This document shows positions 25,611-35,387 of a DNA stretch of 64,000 bases, piece after piece. The stretch is from Candidatus Poriferisocius sp. GTDB lineage: Bacteria > Actinomycetota > Acidimicrobiia > Acidimicrobiales > Bin134. The stretch spans positions 535,095 to 599,094 of the forward strand of contig NZ_OZ241836.1 of the NCBI RefSeq assembly GCF_965202595.1, given 5' to 3'. The stretch's first letter is position 1. Every line of letters starts with the position of its first letter. Under the pieces are notes generated by a model. It made no database searches. It was not told the DNA's origin and worked only from the letters and a program-made list of their open reading frames with translations. The translations under genes were made by a program, and so were the position numbers.

Positions 25611-26984
25611 TCATCGCACCGGCCAGCGGCTGCGGGGCCGGATGCCGGACCGGTCGATGAGCCGCCGCCCGGCCCGGCCGGCCTCATCTCTAAGCGAACC
25701 GGCATCCACTGTGGTGCAGCGGCCATCGGCAATGACAAGGCGGCCGGCGATGAGGACATCGGTGACCGACCGGCCCCCACCGGCCCAGACCAGTTGCAGG
25801 ATCGGGTCGGGGCTGGGCGGCTGCCACTGCACCCCGGAGCGGTCGATCACCACCAAGTCGGCGGCCTTGCCCACTTCCAGGGAGCCGATCCGGTCGGCCA
25901 TGCCCACGGCCTCGGCTCCGGCAATGGTCAGCAGCTCGAAGGCCTGATGGGCCCCGAACGCGGTGGGATCGGCCGAGGTGTCCTTGGCCAGCCCGGCGAA
26001 CAGGGCCGCAGCCCGAAGCCCGTCCACCGCGTCGCCGGCGTTCTCGGTGTCGCACCCCAACGCAAGCCGGCCCCCCCGCCGCCACAGCTCCAGGTGGGCG
26101 AAGCGCTCGGTGATGCCCTGGCCCAGCCGCAGGTAGGCCCACGGGCAGGAGGCCACCGCGGTGCCGGTGGTCACCAGGGTCTCCACCTCGGCATCGTCGA
26201 TGTGGACGGCGTGACCCACCAGGGTTCGGGGACCGAGCACCCCCAGGCGATTCAAGTGCACCAGCGGTCGATGCCCGGTTCGCCCCCGGTAGTGGGCGGT
26301 GTCGTCGGGGGTGGGGGAGAGGTGAAAGCTCAACCTGCTTGCGGTGGAGCGGGCCAGATCGGCGGCCGCCACCACCAGCTCGTCGGACATCAGGTCGTGA
26401 CCCACCAGGGTCACCGATGCCTCCACCATCCCGCCGGGCGGGTATCGCTCCAGCAGGTTCCGGTGAGCGTCGATCACCTCGTCGACCGAGCCGGACTGGG
26501 GGAGGCCAACGGCATCGGTGCCCCAGCGCCCGATGGCTCCCCTCACCCCCACCGCGTTCATGGCCCGGGCCACCCGGTCGGGGTGGGCCACCGTCCCGGC
26601 ATCGATGGTGGTGGTGATGCCGTTGGTGGCCGCCTCGATCAGTCCCAGGGTGGCGGCCAACTCGTCGTCATCGCCGGTGACGTGCTCGTGGACGGGGACG
26701 ATCCACTCGTAGATGGCAGCTCCGGGGGGCAGCTCGTCGGGGATGGTCGAGGCCATCAACCGGTCGGCAGTGAGGTGCTGGTGGGCATTGATGAATCCGG
26801 GGACGACCAGCGAGCTTGCCGCCCCCCGCTCGGGGGCACCCGGGTACTGCGCTTTGATGTCACCGGCCTTGCCCACCGCGGCGATAACCCCACCGACCAC
26901 CGCCACCGCGCCCCCCGAAATGATGGTGCGCTCGGCATCCATGGTGACGATGTCCCCCAAGATCACCCAGTCGGCTGCGGTCAC
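25611..26984 (-). CDS. amidohydrolase (aminohydrolase/chlorohydrolase-deaminase-like)
   Basis: ADWVILGDIVTMD...VVPGFINAHQHL (HxH) ...HLSPT...GHAVHID...LGCDT. GTG 26984 chosen as start. Confidence 0.8.
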   Translation of the reverse strand: MTAADWVILGDIVTMDAERTIISGGAVAVVGGVIAAVGKAGDIKAQYPGAPERGAASSLVVPGFINAHQHLTADRLMASTIPDELPPGAAIYEWIVPVHEHVTGDDDELAATLGLIEAATNGITTTIDAGTVAHPDRVARAMNAVGVRGAIGRWGTDAVGLPQSGSVDEVIDAHRNLLERYPPGGMVEASVTLVGHDLMSDELVVAAADLARSTASRLSFHLSPTPDDTAHYRGRTGHRPLVHLNRLGVLGPRTLVGHAVHIDDAEVETLVTTGTAVASCPWAYLRLGQGITERFAHLELWRRGGRLALGCDTENAGDAVDGLRAAALFAGLAKDTSADPTAFGAHQAFELLTIAGAEAVGMADRIGSLEVGKAADLVVIDRSGVQWQPPSPDPILQLVWAGGGRSVTDVLIAGRLVIADGRCTTVDAGSLRDEAGRAGRRLIDRSGIRPRSRWPVR

Positions 26985-27172
26985 GCCCGTTGACCCTAGC
27001 CACCGGCTTGGTTTCGAGCAGCTCTTCTCGAGCAGACCTTCTGTTGGGGGAAACAGCAGCCACCAGCCTGCCTTCAAGCAGTCCTCCTGCTGGGTGAAAT
27101 CAACAGCCACCAGCCGTCCCAGCGGGTTCTTGAGTGAAAAGCGGTTTGGGGCGGCGGGGGTATCATCGGTCC

Positions 27173-28186
27173 ATGACGGGTAATGCCCATCTTGTTGGCC
27201 AGCCGGCGCTGGATCATCACTGGTATCCGGTGGCCCTCACCGGGGACATAGCGCCGGGGCCGGTGGGGTATCGGGTGCTGGGCCGCCGCTACGTGCTGTG
27301 GCGTTGCGGGGATGGATCGCTCATCGCCGCCCCCGACCGCTGCCCCCACCGGGAGGCCCCGCTATCGGCCGGCCGCATGGTGGACGGGTGCTTGGAATGC
27401 CCTTATCACGGGTGGCGGTTCGGGCCCGGTGGCCGGTGCGAGCGGGTGCCGTCGTCACCGCCGGGTACACCGGTGCCGCCCAAGGCTCACTTGGCCACGG
27501 TTGAGGTGACCGAGCGCTATGGCCTGGTTTGGCTCTGCCCGGGCCGACCGTGGGGGCCGATCCCCCAGATTCCCCAGGAGACCGACCCCGAGTTCCGGCG
27601 GCTCAACACCCCGTTCCAGCAGTGGGCGGTGTCGGCCACCCGGGTGACCGACAACTTCATGGATTTCTCCCACTTCCCGTTCGTTCACACCGCCACTTTC
27701 GGTCTGGCCCAGGAGACGGTGGTGCCGCCGCTGGAGATGGTCGATCTGCCCGACGGCTACCGGGGTTACGCCTACGAGGTGAACGCCAACAACACCACCG
27801 ACGCCGGCCGGACAGTCACCGGCCAGGACATCGATGTGCTGCACCGCCGCATGACCACCGGTTACACGCTGCCGTTCTCGGTGCGCAGCACCATCACCTA
27901 TGAATCGGGCCTGGAGCACATCCTGTTGCTGCTGGCCACCCCGGTGGACGACACCAATACCCGGTTCAACTTCGTGGTGTGGCGCAACGACGATTTTTCG
28001 GTGCCGGCCGAGGAGATCATGAAGTTCGACCTGGCTATCGGGGCCGAGGACAAGGCCATGCTCGAGAAGCTGGAAGGGGTGCTGCCCATGGATCTGACCG
28101 CGACGGTCAGCGTGCAGTCCGACCGCCCCTCGGTGGAATGGCGCCGAAGCCTGGCCGCGCTGCTGGACGGTGGCGGGAACTCCTGA
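27173..28186 (+). CDS. Rieske (2Fe-2S) domain oxygenase (short VanA/PaO-like type)
   Basis: CPHREAPL...CPYHGWRF Rieske motif near the N-terminus, then DNFMDFSHFPFVH non-heme iron region. 337 aa from ATG 27173. Confidence 0.8.
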   Translation: MTGNAHLVGQPALDHHWYPVALTGDIAPGPVGYRVLGRRYVLWRCGDGSLIAAPDRCPHREAPLSAGRMVDGCLECPYHGWRFGPGGRCERVPSSPPGTPVPPKAHLATVEVTERYGLVWLCPGRPWGPIPQIPQETDPEFRRLNTPFQQWAVSATRVTDNFMDFSHFPFVHTATFGLAQETVVPPLEMVDLPDGYRGYAYEVNANNTTDAGRTVTGQDIDVLHRRMTTGYTLPFSVRSTITYESGLEHILLLLATPVDDTNTRFNFVVWRNDDFSVPAEEIMKFDLAIGAEDKAMLEKLEGVLPMDLTATVSVQSDRPSVEWRRSLAALLDGGGNS

Positions 28187-28227
28187 GGTTTCCCGCCGTC
28201 CCCGGTTTTGTTGTCGATGCTGTGCGG

Positions 28228-28300
28228 TACCCCCCCTGGGATTCGAACCCAGAACCTGCGGATTAAGAGTCCGTTGCTCTGCCAGTTGAGCTAGAGGGGC
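28228..28300 (-). tRNA. tRNA-Lys (anticodon CTT)
   Basis: The reverse complement gcccctctagctcaactggcagagcaacggaCTCTTAAtccgcaggttctgggttcgaatcccaggggggta folds as a cloverleaf. T-loop is ttcgaat. Ends are accurate to about 2 nt. Confidence 0.85.
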
Positions 28301-28307
28301 TTGTCAG

Positions 28308-28383
28308 GCGGACCGAGGGGATTTGAACCCCCGACCTCCGGGACCACAACCCGGCGCTCTAACCAGACTGAGCTACGGCCCGC
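28308..28383 (-). tRNA. tRNA-His (anticodon GTG)
   Basis: Reverse complement gcgggccgtagctcagtctggttagagcgccgggTTGTGGTcccggaggtcgggggttcaaatcccctcggtccgc, with an extra 5' G typical of tRNA-His. Confidence 0.85.
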
Positions 28384-28589
28384 AAGGAAGAGCCAGTCTA
28401 GGCCCAACGATGCCCGATGCGGAAACCGTTTGTTGCCGGCCGGATGCTTACCGCAAGCACCCCAACCCCCCGCCACCCTCCGACACGGCCAAACCCCCCA
28501 ACCAACCCCCGTCCCGCACCCAAACCAGCAGCCCAAACCCCTACCCGACCGCTAACCTGGCAATTACGCGCCACAATTCGCGCCAGCCC

Positions 28590-28664
28590 GCCCCTGTAGC
28601 TCAGTCAGGATAGAGCAGTTGACTTCTAATCATCAGGCCGCAGGTTCGAATCCTGCCGGGGGCG
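28590..28664 (+). tRNA. tRNA-Arg (anticodon TCT)
   Basis: gcccctgtagctcagtcaggatagagcagttgaCTTCTAAtcatcaggccgcaggttcgaatcctgccgggggcg, with the acceptor stem gcccctg/cgggggc. Confidence 0.8.
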
Positions 28665-28699
28665 CATGCCGATTGCGGGAGGGTCGTAGGCACCATGCC

Positions 28700-28712
28700 G
28701 GGGGGGGGGGGG
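28700..28712. repeat. G13 homopolymer abutting the tRNA-Gly 3' end
   Basis: 13 consecutive G between the convergent tRNA-Arg and tRNA-Gly genes. Confidence 0.85.
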
Positions 28713-28783
28713 AGCGGGTGACGAGAATCGAACTCGCGTCATCAGCTTGGAAGGCTGGGGTTCTACCACTGAACTACACCCGC
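28713..28783 (-). tRNA. tRNA-Gly (anticodon TCC)
   Basis: Reverse complement gcgggtgtagttcagtggtagaaccccagcCTTCCAAgctgatgacgcgagttcgattctcgtcacccgct. Confidence 0.85.
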
Positions 28784-28875
28784 GGGGCTGGTCACCAATG
28801 ATAACTGTTGGCCGCGGCAACCCCAATCGGCTACGACACGAGTATTCGGGGGGTGGCCGGTAAACTGGCGGGTCT

Positions 28876-30243
28876 GTGAGGAGCACCGTGGAAAGCCTGG
28901 AGGGCAACCGGGTAAAGGTGTCGGTGGACATCGACTGCGATGAGTTCGAGAAGAAGCTGGACCAGGCCTTCCGCAAGCTGGCCCACGAGGTTCGCCTGCC
29001 CGGATTCCGTCCCGGCAAAGCCCCCCGGCGGGTGCTGGAGGCTCGGATAGGTCCCCAGGCGGCCCGGGGGGAGGCCCTCAATGATGCGGTCCCCGAGTAC
29101 TACACCCGGGCCATCAATGATCACGATGTGGACGCGATCGCTCCGCCGGAGATCGACATCACCAGCGGGGCTGAGGACGGCCCGGTCAGCTTTGACGCGG
29201 TGGTGGAGATCCGCCCCTCTGTCACCGTCACCGGCTACGACCGGCTCAAGGTGGAGGTGCCCAGTCCCGAGCCCACCGAGGAGGAGATCAGCCGCCAGAT
29301 CGACCAGCTTCGCAAGCAGTTCGGCGAGTTGGCCTCGGTGGCCCGGCCCGTGCTTGACGGTGACAACGTGACCATGGACATTTACGGGTCGTACAACGGG
29401 GAGCAGGTCGAGGGTCTCACCGTGGACGACTACTCCTACGAGGTGAACCAGGAGTCATTGATTCCCGAGATCGACGAGCATCTCCGGGGATCCAAGGTCG
29501 GGGACATCCTGGAGTTCAACGCCCGCCACCCCGACCCCGCCGAGGACGGGCTGCTGAGGTTCCGCGTTCTCGTCAAGGAGGTGCAGGAGACTGTCCTGCC
29601 CGATCTGGACGACGAGTTTGTTCGGGAGGCCTCCGAGTTCGACACCGTTGACGAGTTGCAGGCCGACACGTCGGAGAGCATCGCCCGATCCAAACGGGCC
29701 AACACCTTGGAGTCTCTGATGCATCAGGTGGCGGAACAACTTGCCGGGCTGGTGACAGACGATGTTCCCGAGGCGTTGGTGGACACCGAGGTGCTGCGCC
29801 GCCTCCGAACCTTCCAGTTGCGCCTGGACAGCCAGGGGGTTGAGGTGGAGACCTACCTGGAGGCCATCGGCCAGACCACCGAAGAGCTGGTGGAGGCATT
29901 GCGGGGACCGGCCCTCATGGAGGTGAAGAGCGACCTGGCTCTGCGGGCGGTGGCTGCGGCTGAGGCAATCCAGGTTTCCGCCGAGGACATCGAATTGGAG
30001 ATGGCCCTGCTGGCCGCCCAGGTGGGCCTGACCGTCGATGAAATCAAGTCGTCGGTTCTGGGCGGCGACGAGAATCGCCTCAAGGGGGTGCGATTGGATG
30101 CTCTGATGCGCAAGACCCGGGGATGGGTCCTGGAGAGGGTCGAGATCACCGATGACGACGGAAACCCCCTGGAGTGGTCTAGCCTGAACCCAGACGACAA
30201 CTTCGAGCTTCCCCCGACTCTGAGTGAGAATCAAACCCCATGA
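28876..30243 (+). CDS. tig: trigger factor
   Basis: N-terminal ribosome-binding signature GFRPGKAP, then a PPIase-like middle and a C-terminal arm. GTG start at 28876. Confidence 0.9.
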   Translation: MRSTVESLEGNRVKVSVDIDCDEFEKKLDQAFRKLAHEVRLPGFRPGKAPRRVLEARIGPQAARGEALNDAVPEYYTRAINDHDVDAIAPPEIDITSGAEDGPVSFDAVVEIRPSVTVTGYDRLKVEVPSPEPTEEEISRQIDQLRKQFGELASVARPVLDGDNVTMDIYGSYNGEQVEGLTVDDYSYEVNQESLIPEIDEHLRGSKVGDILEFNARHPDPAEDGLLRFRVLVKEVQETVLPDLDDEFVREASEFDTVDELQADTSESIARSKRANTLESLMHQVAEQLAGLVTDDVPEALVDTEVLRRLRTFQLRLDSQGVEVETYLEAIGQTTEELVEALRGPALMEVKSDLALRAVAAAEAIQVSAEDIELEMALLAAQVGLTVDEIKSSVLGGDENRLKGVRLDALMRKTRGWVLERVEITDDDGNPLEWSSLNPDDNFELPPTLSENQTP

Positions 30244-30423
30244 ACCCCCAGAACTGCTTCGAGCTTCCCCCGACTCTGAGTGAGAATCAAACCCCATGAA
30301 CCCCCAGAACTGCTTCGAGCTTCCCCCGACTCTGAGTGAGAATCAAACCCCATGAACCCCCAGAACTGCTTCGAGCTTCCCCCGACTCTGAGTGAGAATC
30401 AAACCCCATGAACCCCCAGAACT
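30201..30423 (+). repeat. 56-bp tandem repeat x4 spanning the tig stop and clpP start
   Basis: The unit cttcgagcttcccccgactctgagtgagaatcaaaccccatgaacccccagaactg starts at 30201, 30257, 30313 and 30369. The copies read as identical. ATGA occurs at 30240, 30296, 30352 and 30408. The first TGA ends tig and the last ATG starts clpP. The three between delimit 19-codon ORFs, [19 protein letters not shown]. Confidence 0.95.
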
Positions 30424-31040
30424 ACATGGTGCCCGTCGTGGTCGAGCAGACCAACCGGGGGGAGCGGTCATTTGACCTTTACTCCCGCCTTCTCAAGGAG
30501 AACATCATCTTCTTGGGCACCCCGATCGATGACACGGTGGCCAACCTCATCTGTGCCCAGTTGCTGCACCTGGAGTCGGAGAACCCCGACAAGGACATCA
30601 ACCTCTACATCAACAGCCCCGGTGGTGACATAAACGCCATGTTCGCCATCTACGACACCATGCAGTACCTGAAGCCCGACATCACCACCATCTGCTTCGG
30701 GCAGGCGGCCTCGGCCGCCGCGGTGCTGCTGGCGGCGGGCGCACCCAACAAGCGCCTGGCGTTGCCCCACGCCCGGATGCTCATCCACCAGCCCTACGCC
30801 GGGGCATCGGGGCAGGTGTCCGACATCGAGATCGCCTCCCGGGAGATCCAGCGGCTCAAGGACCAGTTGGAGGAACTCCTGGCCCGCCACACCGGCCAGG
30901 ATATCGAGAAGATCAAGCAGGACACCGACCGCGACTACGTGATGACCGCCAACGATGCCAAGGAGTACGGGCTGATAGACGAGGTGATCTCGTCCCGGGA
31001 TGCCGCCGACAACTCCGGGCCGATCACGGCCATCCGGTAA
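30408..31040 (+). CDS. clpP: ATP-dependent Clp protease proteolytic subunit
   Basis: [21 protein letters not shown], catalytic Ser in [11 protein letters not shown], His in MLIHQP, Asp in DTDRDYVM. Confidence 0.9.
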   Translation: MNPQNYMVPVVVEQTNRGERSFDLYSRLLKENIIFLGTPIDDTVANLICAQLLHLESENPDKDINLYINSPGGDINAMFAIYDTMQYLKPDITTICFGQAASAAAVLLAAGAPNKRLALPHARMLIHQPYAGASGQVSDIEIASREIQRLKDQLEELLARHTGQDIEKIKQDTDRDYVMTANDAKEYGLIDEVISSRDAADNSGPITAIR

Positions 31041-31054
31041 GGGGATCTGGGACC

Positions 31055-32296
<1,242 letters not shown>

Positions 32297-32326
<30 letters not shown>

Positions 32327-32452
32327 TCGCTCGATGCCCACGGATTACCCCATGTCTTCGGACCGGTCCCGGCGCGAGGCGAGCTGATCGCTCGATGCCC
32401 ACGGATTACCCCATGTCTTCGGACCGGTCCCGGCGCGAGGCGAGCTGATCGC
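32297..32452 (+). repeat. 61-bp tandem repeat, about 2.6 copies, starting in the last codons of clpX
   Basis: ggaccggtcccggcgcgaggcgagctgatcgctcgatgcccacggattaccccatgtcttc starts at 32299, 32360 and 32421. Each added copy holds an 11-codon [14 protein letters not shown] (ATG 32352 and 32413), ending with the clpX C-terminal residues. Confidence 0.95.
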
Positions 32453-32501
32453 AAAGTCGCCCACCAGATCTTTCGGATCTCTCGACGAGGCTCGGGCGTG
32501 G

Positions 32502-33824
32502 TTGGATACCCACATCAACCTGGAGGCCACCGCCGGGGATACCCGCGGCCTGTCGCTGGCACCGATGCGGGAGTTGTTGAGCGCGCTGGGAGATCCGCAG
32601 GCCGACTACCCGGCCATCCACATAACCGGCACCAACGGTAAGGGTTCGGTGGCCGCGCTGGTGGCCGCGCTGGCCTCGAGGTGGGGGATGACGGTGGGGA
32701 CCTACACCAGCCCCCATGTCGAGCGTATCAACGAGCGAATGGCCGTGGGTGGCGACCCCATAAGCGATCCCGAGCTGGCCGAGCTGTTGAGCCATCTGCG
32801 GCTGGTGGTGGACCACATTGCTGCTCACCCGGGTTCTGGTATTCACACGGGTTCGGGCCTTAACACGGGTTTTGGTCCGCCGTCGTGGTTCGAGCTGGTC
32901 ACCGCCGCCGCCCTGCGCTGGTTCGCCGATGCGGCGGTAAACCTGGCGGTGGTGGAAGTGGGCAAGCTGGGTCGCTACGACGCCACCAACGTGGTGAACA
33001 GCCGGGTGGCGGTTATCACCAACATCGGCCGCGACCACACCGATGGTCGACCCGGCTGGGAGGCGGAGGTCATGGGGGAGAAAGCAGGCATAATCCATCC
33101 CGGGGTCACCGCCGTTTTGGGGCCGATGGCACCTGAGCTGGTTGAAATAGCCTCTGGGGAGTCACCGGGGGATTTGCTGGTTGCCGGTGAGCATTTCGAG
33201 CTCGAGGAGAACCGCCCGGCGGTGGGGGGCCGGCTCATCACGGTACGCACCCCCCGGGCTCGCTATGAGGATGTTTATGTCAGCTTGTTCGGTGCCCATC
33301 AGGGGGATAACGCCGCGGTGGCTCTCACCGCTTTTGAGGCTCTGGCCGGCTGCGTGCTGGATGAGCCGCTGCTCGATGGGCTCGGGGAGGTGACTGTCCC
33401 GGCCCGCTTCGAAGTGGTGGCCCGCCGACCCCTGGTGGTGATCGACGGTGCCCACAACCCCGATGGGGTGGCCGCCACCGCCGCCACCCTGCGGGATCAG
33501 TTCAGCGTGTCCGGAGCGATCATCTGGGTCATCGGCATCATGCGCGACAAAGACCTGGATGCGATGCTGGCTGCCCTCGAACCAGCCGGTGCCCGCCGGA
33601 ACCGGGTGATCTGCTGCGCCCCCCGCTGGCCCCGCGCCCTACCGGCTCGGGACCTGGCCGCCGCGGTCCGAAACCGGGGGCTGGATGCCGAGATTGCCGA
33701 TGATGTCACCGGCGCGGTGGACACAGCCCTGGCTTCGGCCACTGCAAAGGACGCGGTGGTTGTGACCGGTTCCATGTACACCGCCGGGGAGGCCCGCTTT
33801 CACATGGCGGCCCACGATCGTTAA
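32502..33824 (+). CDS. folC: bifunctional folylpolyglutamate synthase / dihydrofolate synthase
   Basis: ITGTNGKGS P-loop and Mur-ligase middle and C-terminal domains. The frame is open upstream to 32388, and SLDEARAW precedes the listed TTG. The true start may therefore be upstream, possibly the CTG at 32445 overlapping the last repeat TGA. Confidence 0.85.
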   Translation: MDTHINLEATAGDTRGLSLAPMRELLSALGDPQADYPAIHITGTNGKGSVAALVAALASRWGMTVGTYTSPHVERINERMAVGGDPISDPELAELLSHLRLVVDHIAAHPGSGIHTGSGLNTGFGPPSWFELVTAAALRWFADAAVNLAVVEVGKLGRYDATNVVNSRVAVITNIGRDHTDGRPGWEAEVMGEKAGIIHPGVTAVLGPMAPELVEIASGESPGDLLVAGEHFELEENRPAVGGRLITVRTPRARYEDVYVSLFGAHQGDNAAVALTAFEALAGCVLDEPLLDGLGEVTVPARFEVVARRPLVVIDGAHNPDGVAATAATLRDQFSVSGAIIWVIGIMRDKDLDAMLAALEPAGARRNRVICCAPRWPRALPARDLAAAVRNRGLDAEIADDVTGAVDTALASATAKDAVVVTGSMYTAGEARFHMAAHDR

Positions 33825-33835
33825 AATCCCGCCCG

Positions 33836-34243
33836 GTGAATAAAACACTGGTGTTGTGCAAGCCCGATGCGGTGGAGAGGGGTCTGGTGGGGGCCATCCT
33901 GTCGCGTTTCGAGGCCCGAGGTTTGCGGGTAGCGGCCATGCGCATGCTCACCATCGACCCGGATCTGGCCGCCCGGCACTACGCCGAACACGTCAACCGC
34001 CCGTTCTACCCCGACCTGGTGTCGTTCATCGGCCGTTCACCGTCGGTGGCCCTGGTGCTGGAGGGGCCCGATGACACCTATGCCGTGGTCCGCTCCATGA
34101 TGGGGACCACCAACCCCTTGGATGCCCCCGCGGGCACCATCCGGGGAGACTACGGCCTGGAGGTAACCGAGAACCTCGTTCATGGCTCCGACAGCAAAGC
34201 CTCCGCCGAGCGGGAGATAGCTATTTTCTTCCCGTCCCTGTAG
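33836..34243 (+). CDS. ndk: nucleoside-diphosphate kinase
   Basis: KTLVLCKPDAVERGLVG...NLVHGSDS active-site His motif. 135 aa. Confidence 0.95.
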   Translation: MNKTLVLCKPDAVERGLVGAILSRFEARGLRVAAMRMLTIDPDLAARHYAEHVNRPFYPDLVSFIGRSPSVALVLEGPDDTYAVVRSMMGTTNPLDAPAGTIRGDYGLEVTENLVHGSDSKASAEREIAIFFPSL

Positions 34244-34331
34244 GGCCTTGCCGGGGGCGGGGGCTCGCCCGATTGCCGGGCAACTGCCGGGCCGGTGTGC
34301 GATTTCGGGTGAATCATTCTAACATTGCTTC

Positions 34332-35375
34332 ATGGTGAAGCGGCGGTTCTATTCCGGCAGTGGCCTGGTGGGTCGTGATATCGCCATCGACTTGGGTACC
34401 GCCAACACGCTGGTGTACGTCCGTGGCGAGGGTGTCCTTATCAACGAGCCCTCGGTGGTGGCGGTCACCAGCGAGGGTACGCCTCTGGCCGTGGGGGCCG
34501 AGGCCAAGCGGATGCTGGGTCGCACACCGGCCCATATCCAGGCCATCCGACCGCTCAAGGACGGGGTGATCGCCAACTTCGACATCTGCGAGAAGATGCT
34601 GCGGTACTTCATCCAGCGAGTGTCCCCCGGGCGATTCACCCGGCCCCGTATGGTGATCTGCGTTCCCTCCGGTATCACTCCCGTGGAGCAGCGGGCCGTT
34701 CAGGAGGCCGCGATTTCTGCTGGGGCCAAAAAGCCGGTGTACATAATCGAGGAGCCCATGGCCGCGGCCATCGGTGCCGGCCTGCCGGTGCAGGAGGCTT
34801 CGGGCAGCATGATCGTGGATATAGGCGGCGGCACCACCGAGGTGGCCATGATCTCGCTCGGCGGGGTGGTCACCGGCCAGTCGATCCGCATGGGCGGCGA
34901 TCGGATGGACGAGGACATCATCTCCTTTTTGAAGAAGGAGCACAGCCTCATCATCGGGAGCCGCACCGCGGAGGAAGTGAAGATTGTGCTGGGGTCGGCG
35001 TGGAGGGGCAGCGAGAACGAATACGCCGAGGTCCGGGGTCAGGACATGGTCACCGGCTTGCCCAAGACCGTGGTTACCTCCACCTCCGAAATTCGCGAGG
35101 CCATCTCCGAGGTGGTGCGGTCGATCGTGGACGCGGTCAAGGTGACCCTCGACGAAACCCCTCCCGAGCTGGCTGCCGACATCATGGAGGTGGGCATCGT
35201 GCTGGCGGGGGGTGGGGCACTGCTGAACGGTTTGCCCTCTCGGATCCAGGAAGAAACGGGGATGCCGGTCCGATTGACGGACGACCCCCTCCACGCCGTG
35301 GCCATCGGCTCCGGTCAGTCGCTGGAGGAGTTCGACGCGCTGGAGGGACTCCTCTTCTCGGCGTCGTACGACTGA
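34332..35375 (+). CDS. mreB: rod shape-determining protein MreB
   Basis: DIAIDLGTANTLVY, actin-fold phosphate motifs, VDIGGGTTEVA. Confidence 0.95.
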   Translation: MVKRRFYSGSGLVGRDIAIDLGTANTLVYVRGEGVLINEPSVVAVTSEGTPLAVGAEAKRMLGRTPAHIQAIRPLKDGVIANFDICEKMLRYFIQRVSPGRFTRPRMVICVPSGITPVEQRAVQEAAISAGAKKPVYIIEEPMAAAIGAGLPVQEASGSMIVDIGGGTTEVAMISLGGVVTGQSIRMGGDRMDEDIISFLKKEHSLIIGSRTAEEVKIVLGSAWRGSENEYAEVRGQDMVTGLPKTVVTSTSEIREAISEVVRSIVDAVKVTLDETPPELAADIMEVGIVLAGGGALLNGLPSRIQEETGMPVRLTDDPLHAVAIGSGQSLEEFDALEGLLFSASYD

Positions 35376-35387
35376 CCGTTCGGTTGG

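Noticed and set aside
26998-27128. Three diverged copies of agccacc.gcc...ttc.agcag (spacing 60 and 47 bp) in the divergent promoter region between the amidohydrolase and the Rieske gene.
   Set aside because: The similarity is too degenerate to separate from chance in GC-rich DNA without a statistical test. It may be an old junction duplication or operator repeats.
28700-28712. Interpreting the G13 tract as a phase-variation switch.
   Set aside because: It lies between two convergent tRNA genes, not in a promoter or coding region. Homopolymers of this length are also common sequencing or assembly error sites.
28291-29124. Several 60-150-aa ORFs from the six-frame track across the tRNA cluster.
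   Set aside because: They run through four well-folding tRNA genes and their spacers. No coding signal is present.
30240-30411. Treating the upstream ATGs in the tig-clpP array as alternative clpP starts that give a longer ClpP.
   Set aside because: The 56-bp period is not a multiple of 3. Each upstream ATG runs into a TGA after 19 codons and cannot extend ClpP.
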